A stretch of 64,000 nucleotides of DNA from Dehalococcoidia bacterium. GTDB taxonomy: Bacteria > Chloroflexota > Dehalococcoidia > UBA2979. The stretch covers positions 128,178 through 192,177 of the forward strand of contig JAWKPM010000005.1 in NCBI GenBank assembly GCA_041390625.1, in the 5' to 3' direction. Within the stretch, counting starts at the first letter, position 1; the number at the start of each line of letters is the position of its first letter. The translations under genes were made by a program, and so were the position numbers. Below the pieces are notes generated by a model. That model was not told the DNA's origin, ran no database searches, and saw only the letters and a program-made list of their open reading frames with translations. This document shows positions 31,286 through 41,483 of the stretch, in pieces.

Positions 31286-32491
31286 CTAGCCGCGAGGCAA
31301 GCCGAGGCCGCGGGTGGCGATGACGTTGCGCTGAATCTCGGAGGTGCCGCCGGCGATCGTCGCTGAGACGGTCGAGAGGTACATGCGGGACCAGCGTCGC
31401 TTCATCGGCGTGTACTTGGACTCGCCCTCCTCGAAGAGGCCGCCGTAGAGCCCGAGGGTCTTGGTGGCGGTGCGGGCGATGCGCTGCGAGAGCTCGGTGT
31501 TGAACATCTTCGCCATGGAGGACTCGTAGTTCGGGATCTGGCCGGCGGCCTCCATGGAGATGACGCGCCTCGAGAAGTTGTTGGCGACCTCGGCCTCGCA
31601 GTAGCGGTCGGCGAGCTCGGCGCGGACGGTGGGCTGCTCGGCGATCTTCGAGCGGCCGGTATTCGCGTCGCGCTCGGCGATCAGGAAGTTGCGCAGGGCA
31701 TCGAGGGTCTGCATCTGGCCGACGGACTGCCCGATGCCGGAGCGCTCGAAGTCGAGGTGGGTGGCGCCGACGTACCAGCCTCGGTTGATCTCGCCGACGG
31801 CGTTCTTCACGGGGACGCGCACGTCCTCGAAGAAGACTTCGTTGAAGCCGGAGGCCTCGGACATCTGCTTCAGAGGGCGAACGCTAATGCCGGGGGACGT
31901 CATCGGGAGCAGGAGGTAAGTGATGCCTCGATGCTTCGGGGCGTCCGGGTCAGTCCGGACGAGCATGAACATCATGTTGGCCAGGTGGGCGCCGGAGGTC
32001 CAGATCTTCTGGCCGTTGATGACGAAGTCGTCACCATCGCGGATGGCACGGGTCTGAAGCGAGGCGAGGTCCGAGCCGGAGCCGGGCTCCGAGTAGCCCT
32101 GGCACCAGCGGGTGTCGCCGGTGACCATCGGCGGGAGGAACTCCTTCTTCTGCTCCTCCGAGCCGTGGACCATGATCGTGCTGCCGACGGTGTGCACGGT
32201 CAGGCGCGGCGCGCCGGCGATGGCGAACTCCTCGTTGACGATGAACTGCTCGACCTTCGAGAGGTCGGCGCCGCCGATCTCCTTCGGCCACATGGGGGCG
32301 ATCCAGCCGTTGCCGACGAGGGCCTGGCGCCACTTCGCGAGGGCGGCCTTCTTCTCCTCGGGGTCGTCCTCGTCGAAGCCTCGGACCTCGTCGGGCTTGA
32401 TGCGTAGCTCCTCGGGGAGGTTCTTCGCGATGAAGTCCTTGACCTGGGCGCGGAACGCTGCCTGCTCGGCGTTGTCGGCGAAGTCGACCAT
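31286..32491 (-). CDS. acyl-CoA dehydrogenase family protein
   Basis: 401 aa. ACAD N, middle and C domains. CQGYSEPGSGSD and QKIWTSGAH motifs. Confidence 0.85.
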   Translation of the reverse strand: MVDFADNAEQAAFRAQVKDFIAKNLPEELRIKPDEVRGFDEDDPEEKKAALAKWRQALVGNGWIAPMWPKEIGGADLSKVEQFIVNEEFAIAGAPRLTVHTVGSTIMVHGSEEQKKEFLPPMVTGDTRWCQGYSEPGSGSDLASLQTRAIRDGDDFVINGQKIWTSGAHLANMMFMLVRTDPDAPKHRGITYLLLPMTSPGISVRPLKQMSEASGFNEVFFEDVRVPVKNAVGEINRGWYVGATHLDFERSGIGQSVGQMQTLDALRNFLIAERDANTGRSKIAEQPTVRAELADRYCEAEVANNFSRRVISMEAAGQIPNYESSMAKMFNTELSQRIARTATKTLGLYGGLFEEGESKYTPMKRRWSRMYLSTVSATIAGGTSEIQRNVIATRGLGLPRG

Positions 32492-32595
32492 GGGTGGAGC
32501 CTCCTCGATGTGAGATGCAGCCTCGATGCCCTCGAAGCAGCGAATCGGGCGTCGGATGGCGGGATTGTACGCCTCGGTGTCGATGGCGTGTGTGA

Positions 32596-33504
32596 TTGCT
32601 GTGTCTCAAGCGGGTCTTAGAGCGCCTCGATAGGCTGGATATCCCACCCGCAGCGGAGGCGACACAGGTGGACCAGGACGACGCACCGGTTGGACGCGTG
32701 CTCTCGAGGCGCGAGGCACTCGGGCTGCTGGGAGGCGCGGGCCTCGCGCTGCTGATCACCGCGTGCACTGATGGGGCGAGCGAGGACGGTGCCTCGCCCA
32801 CGGCCTCGGGTGGTGCGAGCTCGACGGCGACCGAGGCAGCGACAGGTGCGCCCTCGACGGTGACGGCCGTCGCCTCGACGGTGGCGGGGAGCGCCGAGGT
32901 CGCGCTGCCCGCGTGCGTCGTGCGGCCGGAGCAGACCGAGGGGCCGTACTTCGTCGACGAGGGGCTGATGCGCTCGGACATTCGCGTAGAGCCCTCCGAC
33001 GGGACGACCGTCGAGGGAGCGCCGCTGGAGTTGACGTTCCGCGTGCTCGAGGTGGGCGCGGGCTCATGTGCGCCTCTCGCGAACGCCCTCGTGGACGTGT
33101 GGCAGTGCGACGCTCTCGGCGTGTACTCGGGCGTCGTGGACTTCGGCGGCAACTTCGACGCGAGCGGTCTCAGCTTCTTGCGCGGGCAGCAGGTGACGGA
33201 CGGCGACGGGCAGGCCTCGTTCGTGACGATCTACCCCGGTTGGTACCAGGGGCGGGCGACCCACATCCACTTCAAGATCCGAACCGAGGCGGGCCACGAG
33301 TTCACCTCGCAGCTCTACTTCGACGACGAGCTGTCGGACGAGGTGCACGCGAGCGGCGTGTACGCCTCGAGGGGTGCGGCCGGGCGTACGCAGAACTCGC
33401 AGGATGGCATCTTCGGAGCGGGCGGGAGTGACCTGCTGCTCGACGTGCAGGAGACCGGCGATGGCTTCGCCTCGACGTTCAACATCGGCCTCGACCTGAC
33501 GTAG
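32596..33504 (+). CDS. intradiol ring-cleavage dioxygenase family protein with Tat signal
   Basis: Twin-arginine motif SRREALGLLGGAGLALL. C-terminal YPGWYQGRATHIHFKI. True start probably the GTG about 70 nt downstream (GGAGG SD before VDQDD). Confidence 0.7.
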   Translation: MLCLKRVLERLDRLDIPPAAEATQVDQDDAPVGRVLSRREALGLLGGAGLALLITACTDGASEDGASPTASGGASSTATEAATGAPSTVTAVASTVAGSAEVALPACVVRPEQTEGPYFVDEGLMRSDIRVEPSDGTTVEGAPLELTFRVLEVGAGSCAPLANALVDVWQCDALGVYSGVVDFGGNFDASGLSFLRGQQVTDGDGQASFVTIYPGWYQGRATHIHFKIRTEAGHEFTSQLYFDDELSDEVHASGVYASRGAAGRTQNSQDGIFGAGGSDLLLDVQETGDGFASTFNIGLDLT

Positions 33505-33585
33505 TGCGGCCCCTCCCTGCCTCGATGGTGGGTGTAGACTCGAAGGCCGCACGCATGTTCTGCGGCGGCGCTTCGGGGGTGGGGC

Positions 33586-36500
33586 GTGGCGGACTCTGTG
33601 GTGGCGGGGTTCCATCCGGCCGTTCGAACGTGGTTCGAGCGTCGGTTCGGGGCGCCGACGGACGCGCAGGAGGGCGGGTGGCCCTCGATCCGCGCGGGGC
33701 GCGACACGCTGATCTCGGCACCGACGGGCTCCGGCAAGACGCTGGCGGCGTTCCTCGCGGGCATCGATGACCTCGTACGTCGAGGCGTGGCGGGGGAGCT
33801 CGAGGACGGGACGGCCATCGTCTACGTCTCGCCGCTGAAGGCGCTGGGCAACGACATCCAGCGCAACCTCGAGGCGCCGCTCGAAGAGATCCTCGAGGTC
33901 GCCTCGGAGCTCGGGTACGAGCTGCCGGCGATCCGCACGGGGGTGCGCACGGGCGACACGCCGAGCGCGGAGCGCGCCTCGATGGTGCGACGACCGCCGC
34001 ACATCCTCATCACGACGCCTGAGTCGCTGTACCTGCTGCTGACCTCGGAACGCGGCCGGGAGACGCTGCGGCACGTGCGCCAGGTGATCGTGGACGAGAT
34101 CCACGCGCTGGCGCGGGACCGACGGGGGTCTCACCTCGCGGTGACGCTGGAGCGCCTCGAGCATGTCGTGTGCGACGTCGAGCGCGGGGGCCTCGGGACG
34201 CGGCCGGCGCGCGTGGGGCTCTCGGCGACGGTGCGGCCGATCGAGGACATCGCGCGCTTCCTGGTCGGAACGGCGCGGGCAGACGAGTGCACGATCGTCG
34301 ATCTCGGGCACCAGCGCGACCTCGACCTCGCGGTGGAGGTGCCGCCGACGGACCTCGAGGCCGTGATGCCGGCGGAGCAGTGGGGCGAGGTGTACGACCG
34401 CCTCGCGGAGCTGGTCGCCGGGCATCGGACGACGCTCGTCTTCGTAAACACGCGCCGGCTGTCCGAGCGGGTCGCGCACAACCTCGCGGAACGTCTCGGT
34501 GAGGACGCGGTCGCGAGCCACCACGGCAGCCTCTCGCGCGAGCGGCGGCTGAAGGTGGAGCAGCGGCTGAAGGCGGGGGACCTCAAGGCCCTCGTGGCCA
34601 CCGCCTCGCTCGAGCTAGGGATCGACATCGGTGCGATCGATCTCGTGTGCCAGGTGGGGTCGCCTCGCAGCATCGCAGCGTTCCTGCAGCGAGTGGGCCG
34701 CTCGGGTCACGCCCTCGGGCTGCGGCCGACGGGTCGGCTGTTCCCGACGACCCGCGACGAGCTGGTGGAGTGCGCGGCGCTGGTGCGTGCGACGAAGCGC
34801 GGCCGCCTCGACCGCATCGTGCAGCCGGTCGCGCCCCTCGATGTGCTGGCGCAGCAGATCGTGGCGGAGACGGCGTGTGAGGAGTGGGGCGAGGACGCGC
34901 TCTTCGAGCTGATGCGAGGTGCGGCGCCGTTCGCGGGCCTCGAGCGTGCGAACTACGACGAGATCGTCGAGGTGCTCTCGACGGGTGTCGGCGAGGGGGC
35001 AGGCGGTGCGCGGCCCCTCGTGCATCGCGACCGCATCGGCCGCGTGCTGCGGGGGCGGCGGGCGGCTCGGATCACCGCGCTCACGAACGGCGGCACGATC
35101 CCGGAGATGGGCGACTACCGCGTGGTGGCCGACCCGGACGAGACCTTCGTCGGCACCGTCAACGAAGACTTCGCCATGGAGAGCATGGCGGGCGACGTAT
35201 TCCTCCTCGGATCCACTTCGTGGCGCATTCGGCGCGTCGAGCAGAGCGTCGTGCGCGTGGTCGATGCCGGGGGCGCGGCGCCCTCGATCCCGTTCTGGCT
35301 GGGCGAGGCGCCCGGCCGCACGATCGAGCTCTCTGAGGAGGTCGGCGCGCTGCGCCGTGATGTCGACGCGCGCCTCGAGGAGCGGGAGGTCGTGCCGTGG
35401 CTCGGCCGCGAGTGCGGCCTCGACGACTGGGGCGCGCGACAGGTCGTCGACTACGTGCGCGCCTCGAAGGTCGCGCTCGGCGGGATCGTCCCCTCGGACG
35501 TCGATGTGGTCTTCGAGCGGTTCTTCGACGAATCGGGCGGGATGCAGCTGGTGGTGCACGCGCCGTTCGGCGCGCGCATCAACCGGGCGTGGGGCCTGAC
35601 GTTGCGAAAGCGCTTCTGCGTCACGTTCGACTTCGAGTTGCAGGCGGCGGCGAGCGACGACTCGATCCTGCTGTCGCTCGGACCTCAGCACTCCTTCCCC
35701 CTCGAGGACTCGTTCTCCTACGTCACGCCTCGGAATGCGTACTCGGCGCTGGAGCAGAGCGTGCTCTACGTGCCGCTATTCCCCACGCGGTGGCGGTGGG
35801 TCACGACGAGGGCGCTCGCCGTGCCTCGACAGCGCGGGGGGAAGAAGGTGCCGCCCTTCCTGCAGCGGCGCATCGCGGACGACCTGCTGGCGGCGGTCTT
35901 CCCGGAGCAGGTCGGGTGCCAGGAGAACGTCACCGGGCCCCTCGAGATTCCGGACCACCCCTACACGCAGCAGGCGATGCGCGACTGCCTCTACGAGGCG
36001 ATGGACCTCGAGGGGCTGGTCGGGCTGCTCGAGCGCATCGAGGACGGATCGGTGCGGCTGCACGCGATCGACACGACGGAGCCCTCGCCGATGGCGCACG
36101 AGATCGTCACGGGACGGCCGTTCACATACCTCGACGATGCACCGATCGAGGAGCGTCGGACGCGTGCGGTGCAGCTGCGACGGACGCTACCGACGGATGC
36201 GAAGGACCTCGGGCTGCTGGACGAGGCGGCGATCGACCTCGTGGCGGGGCAGGCGTGGCCGGCGCCTCGGGACGCGGAGGAGGCACACGATGCCCTCCTC
36301 GGGCTCGTGGCGGTGCGCGACCACGATGTACGGGGCTGGGAGCCGTGGCTCGTCGAGCTGGAGCGGGCGGGGCGCGCGGCGCGAGTTCGGCCCTCGAATG
36401 GCGCTTCGGCGAGCACGAGCGAGCTGTGGTTTGCGGCGGAGATGCTGCCCTCGATCGAGCAGTTGTGGCCGGATGGCCGCGTCCAGCCTCGACTGTCGCT

Positions 36501-37914
36501 CCCCGCAGGCGCGGCGATCGAGGTGGCCAATCGCGAAGAGGCGCGGAAGCGCCTGCTGCGCGGGCACACCGAGGTCCTCGGACCGCAGACTGCGGCCGAG
36601 CTGGCGATGCGGACCGGCCTCGCCGCGACCGATGTCGAACGGGGGCTCGTGCAGCTCGAGGCGGGCGGGTTCGTGCTGCGTGGGCGGTTCACGCCTCGGG
36701 AGGATGGTTCTGCCTCGGATGACGAATGGTGCGACCGGCGGCTCCTGGCGCGCATCCACCGGCTGACGCTGGACCGGCTGCGGCGCGAGATCGATCCCGT
36801 GACGGCGCAGGACTTCATGCGCTTCCTGTTCCGCTGGCAGCACGTCGGCGAGGGTCACCGCCTCGAGGGGCGCGCGGGGCTGCGGCTCGTCGTCGAGCAG
36901 CTGCAGGGCATCGAGGCGCCGGCCGCAGAGTGGGAGGCCTCGATTCTGCGAACGCGCCTCGAGGACTACGCCCCGAGCGCTCTCGACGAGCTGTGCCTGG
37001 GCGGCGAGGTGGCGTGGGCACGGCTGACGCCTCGGAAGGCGGTCACGGAGGATGGCGAGCGCCGGACCTCGGCGACGCGCAGCACGCCGATCGCGCTCGC
37101 GCCTCGGCCGGCCCTCGGTGGGCTGTTGCGCGCGGTGCGCACCGATGCGGCGGCCGGGTGCGCGCCCTCGAAGGGGGCGGCGGCCGAGGTCCTCGAGCTG
37201 CTGCGGGCGCGCGGGGCGCTCTTCCTCGATGAGATCACGACGGGCACGCGACGCCTGCCGGAGGACGTGGAGCGCGGTCTGCGCGAGCTGATCGCGCTGG
37301 GCCTCGTCGCCTCGGACGGCTTCGAAGGGCTGCGGCGGCTGACGGGCTCGACCGGTTCGCGGGGGCGGGCGGACCGTCGAGCGCGACACGGAAGCCACGG
37401 GCGACGGGCGGGACGGTTCACCTCGATGGCGTCGCTCACTGCGTTCGCCGGGCCGAGCCCGGCGGGACGCTGGGCGCCGGTGTCGGTCCCCCCCTCGGAC
37501 GGTGACGGCAGCGAGCCGGACATCGAAGCGCTCGCCGAGGGCGTGGCCTCGGTGCTGCTCATGAGGTACGGCGTGGTCTTTCGCGACCTGGTGGTGCGGG
37601 AGGCGTTCACGGTGCCGTGGCGCGCGGTGCTGCGGGCGCTGCGACGGATGGAAGCACGCGGCCTGGTGCGGGGCGGCCGCTTCGTGTCGGGGTTCGTCGG
37701 CGAGCAGTACGCGCTCTCGGAGGCCGTCGAGTCGTTACGTCGAGTGCGACGCGAGCCTCGAGACGGGACGCGCATCGAGGTCTCGGCGTGCGACCCGCTC
37801 AACCTCACCGGGGTGATCCTGCCGGGAGCGCGTGTGCCCTCGATTCCGGGGCGTACGGTGGCGTTCGTGGACGGGCTGCCGGCCTCGATGGTGGAGGTCG
37901 CGGCGGGGGACTAG
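33586..37914 (+). CDS. lhr: Lhr-family ATP-dependent DNA helicase (large helicase-related protein)
   Basis: 1442 aa. Walker A APTGSGKT, DEIH box (VIVDEIHAL), long C-terminal Lhr extension. Confidence 0.9.
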   Translation: MADSVVAGFHPAVRTWFERRFGAPTDAQEGGWPSIRAGRDTLISAPTGSGKTLAAFLAGIDDLVRRGVAGELEDGTAIVYVSPLKALGNDIQRNLEAPLEEILEVASELGYELPAIRTGVRTGDTPSAERASMVRRPPHILITTPESLYLLLTSERGRETLRHVRQVIVDEIHALARDRRGSHLAVTLERLEHVVCDVERGGLGTRPARVGLSATVRPIEDIARFLVGTARADECTIVDLGHQRDLDLAVEVPPTDLEAVMPAEQWGEVYDRLAELVAGHRTTLVFVNTRRLSERVAHNLAERLGEDAVASHHGSLSRERRLKVEQRLKAGDLKALVATASLELGIDIGAIDLVCQVGSPRSIAAFLQRVGRSGHALGLRPTGRLFPTTRDELVECAALVRATKRGRLDRIVQPVAPLDVLAQQIVAETACEEWGEDALFELMRGAAPFAGLERANYDEIVEVLSTGVGEGAGGARPLVHRDRIGRVLRGRRAARITALTNGGTIPEMGDYRVVADPDETFVGTVNEDFAMESMAGDVFLLGSTSWRIRRVEQSVVRVVDAGGAAPSIPFWLGEAPGRTIELSEEVGALRRDVDARLEEREVVPWLGRECGLDDWGARQVVDYVRASKVALGGIVPSDVDVVFERFFDESGGMQLVVHAPFGARINRAWGLTLRKRFCVTFDFELQAAASDDSILLSLGPQHSFPLEDSFSYVTPRNAYSALEQSVLYVPLFPTRWRWVTTRALAVPRQRGGKKVPPFLQRRIADDLLAAVFPEQVGCQENVTGPLEIPDHPYTQQAMRDCLYEAMDLEGLVGLLERIEDGSVRLHAIDTTEPSPMAHEIVTGRPFTYLDDAPIEERRTRAVQLRRTLPTDAKDLGLLDEAAIDLVAGQAWPAPRDAEEAHDALLGLVAVRDHDVRGWEPWLVELERAGRAARVRPSNGASASTSELWFAAEMLPSIEQLWPDGRVQPRLSLPAGAAIEVANREEARKRLLRGHTEVLGPQTAAELAMRTGLAATDVERGLVQLEAGGFVLRGRFTPREDGSASDDEWCDRRLLARIHRLTLDRLRREIDPVTAQDFMRFLFRWQHVGEGHRLEGRAGLRLVVEQLQGIEAPAAEWEASILRTRLEDYAPSALDELCLGGEVAWARLTPRKAVTEDGERRTSATRSTPIALAPRPALGGLLRAVRTDAAAGCAPSKGAAAEVLELLRARGALFLDEITTGTRRLPEDVERGLRELIALGLVASDGFEGLRRLTGSTGSRGRADRRARHGSHGRRAGRFTSMASLTAFAGPSPAGRWAPVSVPPSDGDGSEPDIEALAEGVASVLLMRYGVVFRDLVVREAFTVPWRAVLRALRRMEARGLVRGGRFVSGFVGEQYALSEAVESLRRVRREPRDGTRIEVSACDPLNLTGVILPGARVPSIPGRTVAFVDGLPASMVEVAAGD

Positions 37915-38105
37915 CTCGCCGCGCTCGCGGCCTCGGATGGATGGCCGCCCACCCGCCCGTGCGGCACGTGGAGGCTTCGCCTCACACCCCTTTCCTCGAG
38001 CCCTCAACAGGCAGACCGTCGTCGCAGCGGCTGGTCGCACGCGGGATTCGCCGACTGCCGTCGCGTTACGATGCGGCCTCGACGAGGCTGAGCGGAGCGT
38101 CTGCT

Positions 38106-38921
38106 GTGACGATTGGCGGTGGGGACCTCGATCGGGCGTTCACGGGGTCGATTCCCGAGGTGTACGAGACGTACCTCGTGCCGCTGATCTTCGAGGAGTA
38201 CGCGTTCGACCTCGCGAGCCTGGTGGCGGCCGGGTCGCCTCGACGGGTGCTCGAGGTCGCAGCCGGGACAGGCGTGGCGACGCGGGCGATGGCAGCGCTG
38301 ATGTCGGGCGTCGAAATCACCGCGACCGACCTGAACCAGACGATGCTGGACCACGCAGCCTCGATGCTGGTCGCGCCCGGGCTGGAGTGGCGGCAGGCGA
38401 ACGCCCTCGAGCTGCCGTTCGAGGACGGGACGTTCGACGCCGTCGTGTGCCAGTTCGGGGTGATGTTCTTCCCGGACCGGCCGGCGGCCTATCGCGAGGC
38501 GCGTCGGGTTCTGGCGCCGGGCGGACGCTTCATCTTCAACACCTGGGACCGCATCGAAGAGAACGAGGTGCCGATGGCCGTGAGCGACGCGGTCGCCTCG
38601 GTGTTCCCGGACAACCCGCCGTCATTCCTCCGTCGGACGCCACACGGGTACCACGACCTCGAGCTGGTGCGGTCCGAGCTCGAGGCGGCCGGGTTCCTCG
38701 ATGTGCGCGTGGCGACGGTCGAACATCGCAGCCGCGCCTCGACGGCCCGCGACCCCGCCGTGGCGTTCTGCGCGGGGACGCCGCTGCGCAACGAGATCGA
38801 GGAGCGCGACGCCTCGATGCTCGATGCGGCGATCGAGCGGGCGACCGCGGCGGTGGCGGAGCGCTTCGGGACGACGGGGATCGACGGGAAGATCCAGGCG
38901 CACGTGGTGGTGGCGCGCTAG
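38106..38921 (+). CDS. class I SAM-dependent methyltransferase (Methyltransf_11/25-type, small-molecule type)
   Basis: Start placed at GTG (VTIGGGDLDRAF...) after the Lhr stop. Motif I LEVAAGTGVATRAMA. Acidic motif II FDAVVCQFGVMFF. No DPPY/NPPY DNA-methyltransferase motif. Confidence 0.7.
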   Translation: MTIGGGDLDRAFTGSIPEVYETYLVPLIFEEYAFDLASLVAAGSPRRVLEVAAGTGVATRAMAALMSGVEITATDLNQTMLDHAASMLVAPGLEWRQANALELPFEDGTFDAVVCQFGVMFFPDRPAAYREARRVLAPGGRFIFNTWDRIEENEVPMAVSDAVASVFPDNPPSFLRRTPHGYHDLELVRSELEAAGFLDVRVATVEHRSRASTARDPAVAFCAGTPLRNEIEERDASMLDAAIERATAAVAERFGTTGIDGKIQAHVVVAR

Positions 38922-38962
38922 GGCGCTCCGTCCTCGGACCGTCGCCTCCATGTCGGTGGCGA

Positions 38963-39799
38963 TCAGGGAGTGCGGAGGGCCTCGAGGAAGCGAGCGGCGA
39001 TGAGGGCGTGGCCCTCGAGGCTCGCGTGGAGGCAGTCGGCGAGGGTGCCCGTGGCGCCGAGGACGTCGGCGACCTCGACGAGGCGCGCGCCGTGGGCGGC
39101 CGCCCGGGCGCGGATGACGTCGTTGAAGCCCTCGGCCGGGGCGGCGGTCGATGCCGCCTCGGTGGACGCCGCGCCTTCGAGGAGGGTCTCGGCGATGGGG
39201 GCCCCCTCGTGGAGCATGCAGCGCGGGTTGGCGAGGGCGTTGTAGAGGCCCATCACGGCCATGGGAACCTCGGGCCCGGCAGCGGCACGCAGGTCGCCGA
39301 GGATGCGGTCGAGGTCGGCGGCGAGTTGGACACGGACGATGCCGGCGGCCGTGTCGCAGGTCGCGTCGATGCCGCCGAGGCAGATGGGTGCGAGACGCGC
39401 GGCGTCGTTACCGCCGAGGTCGATGGTGATGGCGTCGATGGGGGTGGCGGCGGCGCGGGCGTCCTCGATGGCGCGCACGGCTGCCTCGAGGGTGCCGTCC
39501 TCGATGACTGAGCGGGCGGTGGCGCCACTCGTGCCGAGATTGAGGAGCGCGACGGGGCGGTCGGGGGCTTCGAGGCCGGCGTGGACGCGGCCGACGTAGC
39601 CCTCGATGTCGGGGGTTTCGAGGCCGTAGCCCACGGCGAGCGAGTCGCCCAGGGCGAGGTAGAGCGCGGCGGGAGGCGGGCCCGCGGCCTCGACGTCCGG
39701 ACTGACCTCGACGGTCGCCGGGCCACATGCGGCGAGCAGTAGTGGCAGGCCGAACGCCAGGAGGAAGGGCCGCCTCAGGTCGAGCGTAACGTGTCTCAT
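38963..39799 (-). CDS. SGNH/GDSL hydrolase family lipoprotein
   Basis: Start set at MRHVTLDLRRPFLLAFGLPLLLAAC (lipobox). GDSL block LALGDSLAVG. Confidence 0.7.
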   Translation of the reverse strand: MRHVTLDLRRPFLLAFGLPLLLAACGPATVEVSPDVEAAGPPPAALYLALGDSLAVGYGLETPDIEGYVGRVHAGLEAPDRPVALLNLGTSGATARSVIEDGTLEAAVRAIEDARAAATPIDAITIDLGGNDAARLAPICLGGIDATCDTAAGIVRVQLAADLDRILGDLRAAAGPEVPMAVMGLYNALANPRCMLHEGAPIAETLLEGAASTEAASTAAPAEGFNDVIRARAAAHGARLVEVADVLGATGTLADCLHASLEGHALIAARFLEALRTP

Positions 39800-39856
39800 C
39801 GAGATCCAGCGTACGACCTCGATGGGCGCGCGCGGGTCTCGCATGTGCGGTCGCGA

Positions 39857-40174
39857 TTACGGTTTCGAGGCGACGATCCAGGCGAGGGCGACGAGGGTGA
39901 CGGCCGCGACGCGAACGTTGGTCGCCCAGTCGCTCTGCCAGATGGCGAGGCCGACCATCCAGGGCAGCAGGATGATCCACTCGATGACCTGCTGCCACAT
40001 TGGCAGGTTGCGGCTCCAGTGCCAGAAGCGGTCTGCAGTGTCCGGCGAAGCGACCAGAAGCGTGGCGACGATCGACCAGCCGGTCAGCATGATGAGGAAC
40101 CAGGCGATCGACAGCGCTCGGTCGCTGGCGTTCTTGCGGTCGGGGGCGGCGAGGGCCGCAGTTCGGTCTTCCAT
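39857..40174 (-). CDS. small membrane protein, hypothetical
   Basis: 105 aa. Trp-rich, two or three predicted TM helices. Confidence 0.5.
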   Translation of the reverse strand: MEDRTAALAAPDRKNASDRALSIAWFLIMLTGWSIVATLLVASPDTADRFWHWSRNLPMWQQVIEWIILLPWMVGLAIWQSDWATNVRVAAVTLVALAWIVASKP

Positions 40175-40262
40175 GGGGCGATGTTGGTCTCGATGGTGGG
40201 AGTCGTGCAGGGTCGTCGGGCCGGGCGTCGTGAGGACGAGGGTCCTGCGTCGGTCTTTCGGC

Positions 40263-40697
40263 TCAAGCCTCGAGCAGGGCTTTGAGGCGGGCGAGGTCCT
40301 TGCGGGTGGCGCGGCGGACGGCCATCGGCATGAAGAGCATCATCAGCCGCGAGAAGCCGGCGGGGCGGCCTCGGTTGCGAAGGGTCATGTGCGTCGAGGC
40401 GCCCGCGGGGGTCCACTCGTAAGAGGTCTCCATCGGGAACGGGCCCTGCGCGGTGCGCATGACGAGGCGGCGGCCGGGAACGGCCTCGACGAGCTCGTAC
40501 GTGTAGACGAGTCGGCGGCCGAGGAAACGGGCCTCGAAGGCGACGCGCGAGCCAACGCCGTGCGGCGGCGGGGTCTCCCACTCGGCGGAGCGGATGTTGG
40601 CGTACCACTCGGGAGCGTGGGTTGGATCCTCGACGTAGGCGGAGACGACCTCGATCAGGCGGTCGATGGTGATCTCGGTCATGACGTCGAGCGGCAT
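40263..40697 (-). CDS. SRPBCC family protein
   Basis: 144 aa. Polyketide_cyc2-like pattern. Confidence 0.7.
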   Translation of the reverse strand: MPLDVMTEITIDRLIEVVSAYVEDPTHAPEWYANIRSAEWETPPPHGVGSRVAFEARFLGRRLVYTYELVEAVPGRRLVMRTAQGPFPMETSYEWTPAGASTHMTLRNRGRPAGFSRLMMLFMPMAVRRATRKDLARLKALLEA

Positions 40698-40769
40698 CGC
40701 GGCCTCGGTGGGGATCGAAGCGCGGGGCGCCGGCTCGCGACGTCCCGCGCTCCTCGATGTTCGAGCGGG

Positions 40770-41120
40770 CTAGGCGGACGGCATCTCGTTGGCGACGAGA
40801 CCGACGATGTTGCCCTCGGGGTCGGAGAACTTCGCCAACGTGACCATGCCAGGGATGACAGTCACGTCCTGGACGATCTTGCCGCCCATGCCTTCGACCT
40901 TCTTGAGGTAGGCCGCGGGATCGTCGACGGCGATGTAGACGAGGACGCCGGGGGCATCGCCGTCGATGCCGCCGTTGATGCCCTCGCCGGCGTTGTCGAC
41001 CATGCCGTAGCCCATCGGGTTGCTGGCATCGATCTTCCAGTCGAACGCGTCGGCGTAGAACTGCTGCAGCTTCGCCTTGTCCTTGCCCAGAATCTCGAAG
41101 TGAACGATTGGGTTCGGCAC
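40770..41120 (-). CDS. VOC (glyoxalase/bleomycin-resistance/dioxygenase) family protein
   Basis: 116 aa. PIVHFEILGKD...FYADAFDW N-terminus typical of VOC. Confidence 0.75.
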   Translation of the reverse strand: MPNPIVHFEILGKDKAKLQQFYADAFDWKIDASNPMGYGMVDNAGEGINGGIDGDAPGVLVYIAVDDPAAYLKKVEGMGGKIVQDVTVIPGMVTLAKFSDPEGNIVGLVANEMPSA

Positions 41121-41169
41121 TGGGTCCCCCTCGAGGTGCGTGCGGGCCGGCCGGTGGCCGGTCTTCCGC

Positions 41170-41421
41170 TTAGATCACGCCCGTGTACTCCTTGATGTCT
41201 GTGAGCGAGAGCACCAGGCCGGTCCCCTCGTGCGACTTGAGGACGGCCTCGCGGTCGGGGGCGTCCATCAGACAGGAGGCGCTGCCGTCCTCCTCGAACA
41301 GGACGTTAATGCCCTTCACACCGTGTTCGTTGGCGGGCGCGAGGATCTGCGCTCGCAGGGCCTCGAGGCCAGTGGCGTCGGGCCTCGGGAAGTGCTCGTG
41401 TCGGTCGATGAAGGTCGGCAT
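41170..41421 (-). CDS. DUF4242-like small protein
   Basis: 83 aa (MPTFIDRHEHF...). Only the 3' end of the 383-aa ORF looks protein-like. Confidence 0.6.
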   Translation of the reverse strand: MPTFIDRHEHFPRPDATGLEALRAQILAPANEHGVKGINVLFEEDGSASCLMDAPDREAVLKSHEGTGLVLSLTDIKEYTGVI

Positions 41422-41483
41422 GTGACAGGTCCTTTCGTGCCTCGTGGTTGCGTACGCGCCTCGGTGGCGCGTGGGAGCCGGTG

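Noticed and set aside
33586-38921. Lhr helicase plus downstream methyltransferase as a DISARM/defence-like module
   Set aside because: The methyltransferase has small-molecule Methyltransf_11/25 motifs and no DPPY/NPPY DNA-methyltransferase motif. Lhr is full-length housekeeping type. No nuclease, PLD or DUF1998 partners.
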